A program made the translations under genes and the position numbers. A stretch of DNA of 63,876 nt, the filler included, from Choristocarpus tenellus KU-1152 (lineage: Eukaryota; Protista; Phaeophyceae), in the NCBI GenBank assembly GCA_964200185.2. It is 12 parts of 12 records of this genome, joined end to end, with 100 filler letters (N's around TTAATTAATTAA, not from the genome) between each part and the next. Parts side by side here need not be neighbours in the genome. Positions count along the whole stretch, not along the records: positions 50,205 to 54,669 come from CAXNAD020014420.1; positions 54,770 to 57,383 come from CAXNAD020026263.1; positions 57,484 to 61,226 come from CAXNAD020018196.1; positions 61,327 to 63,876 come from CAXNAD020026849.1; 8 more parts are not named here. One strand, 5' to 3'. This document shows, piece after piece, positions 53,498-63,876 of the stretch (positions are counted from its first letter, which is position 1; every line of letters starts with the position of its first letter). The notes under the pieces were generated by a model. It was given only the letters and a program-made list of their open reading frames with translations, did no database searches and had not been told where the DNA came from.

Positions 53498-53719
53498 GTA
53501 AGGATATTAAGTAAAGGTAAGGATGTTAAGTAAAGGTAAGGATATTAAGTAAAGGTAAGGATGTTAAGTAAAGGTAAGGGTATTAAGTAAATGTAAGGAT
53601 ATTAAGTAAAGGTAAGGGTATTAAGTAAAGGTAAGGGTACTAAGTAAAGGTAAGGATGTTAAGTAAAGGTAAGGATGTTAAGTAAAGGTAAGGATATTAA
53701 GTAAAAGTAAGGATATTAA
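53497..53719. repeat. 19-bp minisatellite x~11.7 starting at a splice donor
   Basis: ggtaaggatattaagtaaa unit with a/g variants. Confidence 0.95.
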
Positions 53720-54769
53720 TCTGTTGACCAGCGTTCAGGTGAATTGGGGGATGTCACGAGAAATGAGGCGTTTTTGCAAAGCTCAGGAAGCAAGCCCCCT
53801 TCCTTGGGTAGCATAGCTATACCTTTGTGAAGAGGGCACATGAGATGAGAGACTCTTCCGAAGATATTTGTCGATCTGTTGTTGATGAACTCTATGTTGT
53901 ATCGATGCTTGAGTGTTCCTGTAGTAGTTTATGTTGTCATGCACTGCTCAGTATACATGTTCAATCTCTTTTTTATTGTTTGGGGATGAGATGTACGTAC
54001 GATGTCCCAGGAGTTGTGCATATGGAGTGAAGTATGAAATACCTAGAGTGACAGATGGGGGTTATGACTTTGTTTTGTCCCCTTTAATGCCTCGGAGCTA
54101 GAAATGAAGCTCGTGGAGGGGAAGATATGGTATTGACATTAACATAGCAATGATATCTCTTGTGTACATAAAGTAAGGAGGAAATTTAGCAGGTGAGTAC
54201 ACCAATAGGGGTAGAGAGAAGATAAGAAAATAGTATTTATGTATATAGTATTTAAAGTTAAAAATAAAAAATGGAGAGTATTTGCAGAGGTAAGTTAACC
54301 GGCTTCAAGGAGAAGTTGTGTCTGGGGGGAGGGAGAGAAGGAATACAAGGTCGTGTTAAATCATCTCATTGAGGTGGAAGGGAGGAGGTTGGCGGCAGTG
54401 TGTAAGAGGTTTGGAAATAAATAAATAAATGTTTTGAAGGCAGTGATGTTGGACATAGGTATCTATATCACATCTCTCTGGGCACAGGGGAAAAAATATG
54501 CTACATGTGTACTGTATGCATGTAATGGCATATTAGTGTTCTCTGAACTCAGGATAGAAACAATAATGCCTTCCCATGAAAGTGCAAGGTGACCAGATTA
54601 GAGTGGGGGGGGGGGGGAGAGCAGTGATGATATGGCAAGATGGGGTGTTGTGGTGGGTTATCACCTCCTNNNNNNNNNNNNNNNNNNNNNNNNNNNNNNN
54701 NNNNNNNNNNNNNTTAATTAATTAANNNNNNNNNNNNNNNNNNNNNNNNNNNNNNNNNNNNNNNNNNNN

Positions 54770-55197
54770 GTACAGGGTCAGATGACTTATGCGAGCGCTA
54801 GAAGCACTGCATCTCAAGCCTGGTGAACAGCCATCGCCAAAGTCCCTCGAAGCAGCTAACGCGTGGACCTCATTAGAAGATGCAAAGAGCGTGGTTGAAG
54901 CCATTCACCTCGATCTTGAGGATAAAATTCTGGCTGAGAACACAAATGCTAGGGAAGCTGAGATGGGCTCAAGAATGAACCAGACCGAGGACAATTCCAG
55001 GGACTCTGACGCAGAATTGGTGGAAGATCTGAGTCCGTACAAGCATGTAGTGGAGTTGTTTAAGCAAGTTGGAAGCGCAAGCTGCGCAAGGATGCATGGA
55101 TGAAGTGTCCTTTCTGCTGCAGAAGACAAAAATGGAATGGATCAAGGCCGACTCAAGGAAAAAAACAGTCCAGAGTAACATTCGTCATTTCTTTTGA
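54770..55197 (+). pseudogene. C-terminal remnant of a pogo/Tigger-like transposase
   Basis: Acidic low-complexity tail, frameshift near 55090, ending ...RKKTVQSNIRHFF* (Q..I..FF, typical pogo C-terminus). No DDE core in the contig. Confidence 0.45.
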
Positions 55198-55461
55198 TGT
55201 GCTTGGCATATACTTNNNNNNNNNNAGACTCTGAGGTAGATGATACGTACAGTATTCTCTTTCCGTATGGCGAGGTGGGAGATGCGCATTAACACATAAA
55301 CATCATGAAAAAAAACGCTCGTTACCGTTTCCATCCTATCCATGAAGCTTGCAAGGACCACGAGACGTATCGACTGACCCGTGGAGTATGTGGCGTACAG
55401 TTGCAATCATGTCGTAACGCGTCTTTGGTATCGATTCGGTCTTTCGTCTTTTCACAACCCT

Positions 55462-55840
55462 GCACACGTCTGACGATTATTTAATCTTAAAAACGATTTA
55501 ATCACGATCGTGGGTGTCAAAAAATAAACTGACGATTCTTAGTCGCTTCGACGATTGATTTCCCAGCTCACCACGATTAATTTTTCGATTCCACGATTGA
55601 TTTCCCAGCTCACCACGATTATTTAATCGATTCTACGATTGATTTCCCAGAATGCCACGACTGTTAGTCGATTCGACGATTGATTTCCCAGAATGCCACG
55701 ACTGTTAGTCGATTCGACGATTGATTTCCCAGGAATGCCACGATTATTTGTTGATTCTACAACTAATTCTTGAAACTTTCCAAGATTAGCTCAACGATTA
55801 CGATTACTACGATTACTAGTCATAGTCGTCAGACGTGTGC
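55462..55840. mobile_element. 379-bp TIR element with internal 41-42-bp tandem array
   Basis: TIRs gcacacgtctgacgattat / atagtcgtcagacgtgtgc (18/19), flanks aaccct/aatcct; acgattgatttcccag at 55551, 55593, 55635, 55676 and 55717. Confidence 0.85.
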
Positions 55841-57634
55841 AATCCTGCTTTTAAAATTCTCCCGATATTGTACCATTTGGCACATATTCGGATGCCCGGT
55901 TTTGTATCACATCAATTTTGTTCCGCTTTTTTCGGGCATGCCCATATGTGAACAAAATCGGGTAACCCACTGTATGGCAAATGTGTTAGGAGAAAAAAAA
56001 GAAAATTACTCACATACAGAAAAATCCCTAAAAATGTAACTTGTAAAATGTGAAAGAGATTGATCTATTTACTATTTGAATACCAACTATAGTATCACTG
56101 CCTTCCTTTGTCTTCAACCTAGCCAAGTCCTGCACTCCAAGGAAGCATCCCAAGAATCTAACAAGCCCCTCCTTGTCCACCTCCCTGGTGACTCCAGCTC
56201 AAAACACATGACACACCTAAATAGGGCTACTTGCAATGTGACTGAGACTATCTGGCATAAACTGGATTTGACAACCCCTTTTCTGTTGTAGCCTCATGTC
56301 CCTCTCCGCCCTACTGCATGCGTAGCTAGATCATCCTGGAAATGTTTCGCTTGCTTACCGTGGCGCCCAAAACTTTCCACCGCGAAGATGTTGAGGCTAT
56401 AACATTCAATCTATATAATTTATTGATGACAACAATGTCCATGTTGCTTTGCCATATAACTTTCGTTGTCCACATAACACCTGAGGGAAACGCCTGTGTA
56501 GGTGGTATATATAAGATATGTGGAACATGTGTGTCTTCTGTATATGCATGCATAGGATATGCGGTTGCTGCCTGTATGCCCACTCATGTACACAGGTATC
56601 TTTGGAATTTGTGTTTGTTTTCCCTCAGCATGCACGGGATGAATGCTGCAGTGACTCGAAGATAACATGTTGATTTAACCTCTAAGCTCCTAACTTGGAC
56701 TCGTCATGCCTGCTATCATATAAGGCACATACACCTTTTCCCATCCTCAGAGGCACTGCTAATATTTGCATATTTTGAAACCACACATTTGTATTCTGGA
56801 GTATGAAATAAATATATATTGGCCCCTTTAGATTGGAATTTTTCTTCAATTTCACAATTTGAAGTGTTGGGTACAAGGCAACACTGTGTACACTAGATGC
56901 ATGCTCCGCACTATATTTATTGTGGTTGGGGAAGTTTGATAGGGGGATGACCTCTTCAAATGCACTGGAATTGATATCTCAGAAGTGTGCCATTTGTTTC
57001 TATATATTATATACTCCGGAGTATAATACTTCAGGCAGCAACTATGGTAGTTGGTGATATATCTCAAACATTGTATGTTGAACTTCTAATGCATTTCAAA
57101 ATCGCCATTGTCTTGAAGCCAACTATTTACCACTACATCTACCTGTAAAGTGATTCCCTTTGGAACTACCAAATAGGATGGATAGACCACACCCCCTACC
57201 TAGTCTATAACAAACACTGGGTAGAGTTTGGGAGCAAATAACAATAACAGTTAAACCCCCCCCACTCTGCAGTGTTGTTGTGGGCTGCATGGGTGGAGAA
57301 ACGGAAGGGGAAAGGTGAATGGAAGCCATCTCTGGTCATTTCTAATATGCCCTGCCCGAACACCCCCCTGCAAATATAAAATCNNNNNNNNNNNNNNNNN
57401 NNNNNNNNNNNNNNNNNNNNNNNNNNNTTAATTAATTAANNNNNNNNNNNNNNNNNNNNNNNNNNNNNNNNNNNNNNNNNNNNAAAAAAAAAACGTTGTT
57501 TGACCGAAACGGACACCCCCTCACAAACCACCCCCCCCCCAAGATATTTTGACCCAAAAGGCAAACTTGCCTTCCTGCACTGAGACTAGGTTTCCATGGT
57601 TCCCCAATGTCAACGTAACACGAGGCCAACCCCG

Positions 57635-60600
57635 TCAATGGGAGCCAGGTTCTTCCTTGTCACTGTCCGATGAGGAAGAGTGTGTTTCCTCGAGCCCGCC
57701 GAGATCATTGTAACCGCTGACGAGATTATCTCCCCCACTCGAACGTTCGCCCTGGTCGTTGTCTTCGACGTCGACGGTCGCTGGTGCTAGTTCCAGTGTC
57801 ATCGTAATCGGTGGGAAGCCAATGGACTGGGAGATCGAAATTTCATTCCCTTGTCTTTTTGAGAAGTCGCACAGACTCGCTTTGCTTGTGTTTCGCTCTC
57901 TGAACGGCTTCATCGTCTGCGAAGGTGGAATCCATGAGCACGAGAACATCAACGGTATGGATGCATGAATGTCATTTTGTTACCAGGCGTGAGGATTCAC
58001 GAATGCGCTCGAGGAGCATGCGGTGAGAGGGAGGGTGAATATTTCGTCGGAATCGTCTCTGTTGAGTACAAGACCGGTACCCTCAAAACATTTATGGGGA
58101 GTAATCTATGGTACTTTTTATTGTGACATGCGACGATCACTACACATGAGAATGCAACGTTTTTCAAGATTTTTTTCCTAAAGGCTGTAGCGGCTGCCTC
58201 GTACAAAAGTTGCACCTGATTTTTTTGGCTGCCACCGAATACCAAAATTAGCTATCAACTCCCCTCACGAAGAAATCGACTTACCCGGTGGGTACACAGC
58301 AGGGAGGCGCTGGTGCGACGCCCGGTACCGCTGCTCCACCTTCAGGATGACGTGTTTGGGAACGCTCTTGAGCTGGTAGGTGGTGCATCTTGGATACGAG
58401 GCGGTGGTCGATGGCGAGGTCGTGCGGAGGGGCGTTGGGGTCCATAGCAAGGTCTCCGCCTATCCCACTCCATTCAGTGCTGTGCATGTATCGCTTTACG
58501 CTAACCTTCACCCGCCCATCACCGCCTTTTTCAACGCGAAAAGCCCTGTAGCTCGTGATGTTGGGGACACGGTTGACGTGACCGCGAAGGAGTCCCTTGA
58601 AGTTGCCCTTGTTCCGCAGGGTCTTGCAGTATACTGGAACCTCCGTGTAAGAGGCCTGCAGCTCTTCACCCAGCTGTGTCCTTGTGAATATGTTCTTGCC
58701 TTTTATACCACGTGAGAACCTGAAGGTGAAATGCAAGGAAGTTAATTTTGAGTCGGGGGCTAAAGAAGTGAAGTGGAGAAGCAAGATATATATGCAGGCA
58801 CATGCTCTGATGCATGTATATGAAAGTATAGATATAAAAATGGGTGATGCGTACATTTTTTTTCATTGTTTTGTTTCGAGAGTATGTTACGAAACAGTGT
58901 TGGCAGCTGCTCTTATCGGTAAATTTTGTTGTGGGAAAATCAAAAGCCAATCGATCAATTACAGTATACGACCATAAACCTTCCAGGAATGTAACAAGCG
59001 TGAACTGCAAGCCTCAAGGCAGTATCTGTCCATATAAAAACACTATGTGACTATCGAACTTGCATATCTTGCCTAATTACCTGGGGAAGATTTGATCGAT
59101 TTTGATGTGTGTGCCCCACCATCGTAAAATGTATCTTGATCACACGAATGACACTCGCCGCAACAAAGAGCCCCGCATATCCGAGAAAGAAATTGTTCTT
59201 GTTCTCTGAGACGCAGTTGTCGACCTGGCCGGTTTGGGGAGTTGGGAGCGAGGGAGGGATAGGCGTGAGGCCGATATGTCAGCCCATTTCGCCGCGTTTC
59301 GTGGAGGAACAGGGTAGGTTTCCAGTATTGCTAGAGCGCAGCCTCTACATCACCGCCATCATACATGCAGGTTGCAACACACAAACCAAAACTAAAGACC
59401 GTGCAGTTGGTTACTTGGTGACTGGTATTCAGCGAGTATGTGTTGAGTAGGTCGTGTCAAGATGAAACCTTCTTACCTGCCAATGCGCGTGCTGGATGAT
59501 GCAATTCCCCGCGTCATCAAGGCTGTTGTGGTACTTGTCGATAAGCCTTGTGAGGGCAAGGTGGGCGGCTGTGCAGACAAGGTTACAACCTGCGCGAACA
59601 ATGATGTTCAACAACTGTTGGCAAAAGTGCTCTGCTCACTTACGCATTGTTTATTTAGGAGCTAAAAAGAGGGGTAATGTAATGCGTTTATGCAACGTAG
59701 AGGACATACACCCATATGGCTGATATACATGTCTGCGATCTCCACCACCCGTTGATTAGCTCTTATGCTCCTCTCGCCCTAACCCTAAGGTGAGGCGTAG
59801 GAGGGCAGGGGAACACAGTGCATCACCAGTTAATCGACTGTTCACTAGGCCTGCGGTATCTGTAGGCACATTGTGTAAGGCTGTACTCGTCCTTAGGATT
59901 TACCCTACAGCAGGTCCACTCGCCGTGACGGTAAATCAAGTGGTGCGTGCGTAACCAGCATCTATTCGGTCATGTGATTGTTCGCCACGACCCACAATAC
60001 GTACCTCCTCCAAGATTGATAGGAGTGAAGAACACCTCCGCGAACTGGCCTTCGACGTGTGCGACTATGATCTTCTGGCGCTCGGAGTAGCCCCTGATAA
60101 GAGGGACATGAACGAAAGGAACGTGTAAAGAAAGGTCATCATGATGAACGGAATAGGTAGTAGAATTATGTGCGTTTGTTTTGGCGATTATTTCTTTGGA
60201 CTTTGCACTCATTCGTAGAATAAAACATGGTCTTCTATTCTGTTTCGCGTGCGGCTGCAAAATTCTTGTCGGATGGACTATGTGTGCGTGTAGTTGGTTA
60301 CCTGTCACCGCCGTGGGTAGGTGGGTAAAGTGCTGGGAGGGCGTGTGCTGTCTGGTTCGCGGCGTCGACGGACATGAACACGAACCCGAGAGGTTTGCCG
60401 TCGGCTTTGGCCCGCATGGCGCTGCTGGTACTGTTGGCGATGACCAGCCGATCCACTTGGATAATCTGGCAAATGGGGGACAGCAACATCACATGCATTA
60501 ATCAAATAAATCAGCTCAGATTAAAAAAACAAAATTGCCGCTTGTTAACACGTATCAGGTTAGTTAGTAACAAAAATGTAGTCTGGGTACCAATAGATGT

Positions 60601-61191
60601 TTGTATTGGGATATGTTTTTTATTGCTGCGTTTAAGACAAACACAGGGTTATCGGGATGGTAGGAAGTACGCACGTACCGGGCCGGAAGACCGCTACATG
60701 ACCTGTCCCTCCCACAGCCCGTTGTACACTACCAGGAAGCAGTCTATTATACAAGGTGTTTGGGCAGCTAATAACAACAAGTTTTGCGGTGAGTGAAGCT
60801 ACTGCTGCTGCCATAAACACCTACATGGGAGTCTTCATTCGCAAAAGGAAACGGATTTACTTCAAAACGGAGGGCAATGACAGCGACATGTTGTCACTGT
60901 ACCCTTGTTGCCAAATTAACGCTGGACACCTACCTCCCGGTGGTCTGACAGCTCCTTATTGATGGACTTGAGAACGGTGGAGTCGTTCGTGGGTTTTACA
61001 CCAGGTGCACCGTGCCGTTTCTCTTTTAACGTGACACATATGTCACATTTCATAAACTCGCCTCCTACCCTTACCCGGATGTTGGGCCTGTCCTCTCTGA
61101 GCAATCAGATGAAGTACGCCTTGCTTACCCGCTTGGAAGGGTCGTCAGGATACACCCGTATTGCCTCTTTGCAAAAATCCTTGTATAGCTC
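57635..61191 (-). pseudogene. Intron-containing Sola-like/DUF7869-type DDD transposase pseudogene
   Basis: Exons 61191-60934 (FMKCDIC; TGA at 61105-61107), 60465-60302 (SVDAANQ), 60093-60005, 59589-59477 (GCNLVCT), 59224-59081 (VDNCVSENKN...VGHTH/IKIDQIF; 2-nt deletion) and 58719-58285 (frameshift). All introns GT-AG and phase-consistent; 3' end uncertain. Confidence 0.8.
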
Positions 61192-61962
61192 CTAATTAAA
61201 AATGTTGGTTGTGTGGGCAAGTGAGGNNNNNNNNNNNNNNNNNNNNNNNNNNNNNNNNNNNNNNNNNNNNTTAATTAATTAANNNNNNNNNNNNNNNNNN
61301 NNNNNNNNNNNNNNNNNNNNNNNNNNCCCCCCCTCCCCCCCCCTTCAAGTTTATCTTCAGGGACATATTGCTCTCACCTCCCCGCTGTTTAACTGTGTAG
61401 GATAAATTTCCCCTGATTCGGAAGTAGAGTCCCATTTCAATCAATTCATAGATCAGTTACAGTAGTGGGTTTTTAATGCACATTCACATGCATGTTTCTT
61501 GGTATGCGCATGGACAATCTGATAACAGGAGGAAAGAGAGAGGGAGAGAGAGAGACCCTTGTACCAGCCTTTTGAATGAACAACTAACTCTCTCCATTCA
61601 TACTTTTGGATAAGAACAGTCAACACTATTGGACTTTGAGAATCTGGCACCGCTGCCGTCGAATCTTTCCAATTTTACATATATATTCTATATGCATCAT
61701 TGTAGACGCTTCACTGCTCTTTCTTAATTTTGGTAGGAGCTCATGGGTTAACCATAGAGAAAAAAACGCCTGACCTCTGGTGAGATATGGATGATCCAAC
61801 CAATAGGATGCATGCACAAGCTCTTAAAGCCACATAGCACCAGGAACTCTGCACCATTCACAGCAATAGAGCCAAGACTATCATAAGGAGTGCAATAAAA
61901 TAAAGGACAGCCAGAAAGGCTGCTGGCATGATTAAAAAACATTCAGCATAGTTGGCTCTCAC

Positions 61963-63584
61963 CTCTGAGGCAAAGACTTTCTTGACATCAAACCCCATTG
62001 TTGACGTGCCCACACCCATTTGCATCTGAATAGCCTTGGCCTGTGATCAGGATGTGAAAGGTTGAAAGGCGGAGGTGGGGGTGGGGGGGTTGGGTAGGAT
62101 TCAATGGGAGAGGGCCCAAGACTGGAAGGCGTCATTACTTTCACTCACAACACTGCAACAGAGGGACCATTTCACTTGTCACCTTGTGGGTGTAACACAT
62201 GATAGGTGATTCGAATAATATTCTACAATCAAATAGGTCAAAACAATGGCATCCATCTACTTACATACAATCACAAGAGGTGACCTTTCAGCTCAAGGGA
62301 AGCTCTGTAGTGAATCGCCACAAACCTCCCCCCCGCCCCCCCCCCCCCCCCCAACCCACCCTCCCCCTCTTTTAGACAACCTCCCCATACATTTTCGAAC
62401 AANNNNNNNNNNCCCCCCCGCCCCCCCCCTTAGCTTCAACTCATTTTTCCATTTTGTGAATACGCCTGATCTGATCTTTGCAAACAGACAGTAAAAAAGC
62501 AACAAAAAACCCCGAGAAGATCACCTCACTTCATGTCCAACTCCCAACAAACGCATCAAGTTCACTTTCTGAAGAGACAGATACGGAAGCCAATGTCATG
62601 CATAAAAGGAGAATATACTATATATATATTGAAGTGAATCAGGCTTTAAGTAATATTCTGGTACATCTATATAGAACATAAATGGCAAAAAAAGTATCCC
62701 CCACCCCTACCTCCCAACCGTTACACAAAAAGAAAAAAGAAACTAACGCCACTAGCTCAGTACAAACGGGCAAGAGAGAATAGAGCAGGTTTGTCGATTA
62801 TTTTTTTCTACCGAACTCACTTCTTCCTGAATGGGGTTGTCCTGCAGGAACAGATTTAACACAGACTTGATGCCAAACATCACCAGGAAGTACCATGAGG
62901 TGCTTGATACATAGCTTGCATCCAGCGTGCTCAGGGCGATGCCCCTCTGAAGCATGACCTATTCTTGTGCAAAAATGCAAGTGTCCAAAATGCCAAGACC
63001 ATGAGGGGGCAGGGCGCAAAACACCATACATACCACATCAGGCTTCTTCTGTTACATTGACATGATAGGGTGCTATTGTTCTGCAACCTCCACTACGCCG
63101 GCAATGTTAACTGGTACCATCATGACTACTCTGGAGTATTATAGAGTTATGACAATGATACCAATATATATGATGGTTAAATCTGTTGGCACCTTTGAGT
63201 GGTTGGGTTGACGCAGTGTTTTTTGGGGATGGAATACATAATAGTACACACAATTTAACCCTGACCCCCATCCACTATCCCCAGATTTTTAGGCGCAACT
63301 GCAATGTGTACATTACTACTCTTAACTACTTCAACAAGCACAAGAGGTCAACTAACCCTAACCCTAAGTAGTATTGCCATAGTTGTACTCCCACTATGGC
63401 AAGTACTCAGAACATACAATACCATGAATTTTCTGCATTGGGTGCATCTCACACACACACGCACACATACAAATCTCACCTTGAAACGGTTGGTGAGGGG
63501 GAACGGCACACGGACCAGAACAAAACCCTCAAAAAAGTAGGACGTGAAGGTCATCATAAACATATTTGTCACAACAAAACCCAT
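61963..63584 (-). CDS. EMC3: ER membrane protein complex subunit 3 (TMEM111), partial, spliced
   Basis: Exons 63584-63480 ([19 protein letters not shown]), 62958-62821 ([29 protein letters not shown]) and 62040-61963 ([20 protein letters not shown]). VPFPLT-RFK-MLQRG and SWYFL are EMC3 signatures. Confidence 0.95.
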
Positions 63585-63876
63585 CTGGTGCCCACAGAAG
63601 GAGGTAGGAGGTGGGGTGGAGTAGAGAGAAGGGGGGGGAATCATAAGGGGATGAGGGGACAGTAGGGATAGGTTGAGTAGGGATAAGGACCAGAATATAT
63701 ATATTCCTGCTGCTCTTGTCAGTAATGAGTCTTGGGTGGCACAGGAAGGGCCAGCGGAAAGAAAGGAAGGGAATCATTGAAAAGGACATTGTTGCGCATC
63801 TGGAAGAGGAACGGTGCATCATTTATTGATGAACAAGTATCAAGGTTAAAGCTCGTTTGATATAATGATCAGGGAG

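Noticed and set aside
55545-55760. CRISPR-like periodic repeat
   Set aside because: The intervening sequences are near-identical to each other, there are no cas genes, the context is eukaryotic, and the array lies within TIRs.
56360-56760. Possible small minus-strand exons (LNIFAVESFGRH; SASEDGK)
   Set aside because: Splice signals are plausible but I could not build a consistent gene model or recognise a family.
57484-57555. TIR of the DUF7869-type element
   Set aside because: Its orientation places the element to the left, in the gap, not around the gene.
7757-61326. Recurrent TTAATTAATTAA palindrome and any gene neighbourhood across it
   Set aside because: It is an artificial linker embedded in Ns, so neighbouring contigs need not be adjacent in the genome.

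Overview
Eukaryotic, intron- and repeat-rich genomic DNA. It is most likely a photosynthetic stramenopile (brown-alga-like), inferred from gene content, LINE/Gypsy types and CCCTAA tracts. The window is 12 short contigs joined by 11 artificial 100-bp linkers (N44-TTAATTAATTAA-N44), so adjacency across linkers means nothing. Host genes are all partial and spliced: an LRRC40-like LRR gene with a GC-AG intron, a GT2 cellulose-synthase-like gene, a PDZ-domain gene, EMC3, the end of a PPR array and a Cys/His-rich terminal exon. The rest is decayed Ty1/copia, Ty3/gypsy, LINE, pogo-like and tyrosine-recombinase remnants plus very dense MITEs. The most notable signal is a group of at least four MITE families with different interiors but a shared GRG(T/C)CAAA terminal motif (about 28 copies or ends) and a mix of 3-bp and 4-bp TSDs. 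The window also holds an intron-rich, recently inactivated Sola-like (DUF7869-type) DDD transposase gene that is a candidate mobiliser. Two minisatellites are built from splice sites. There is no CRISPR array, rRNA or tRNA, and no clearly new enzymatic system.
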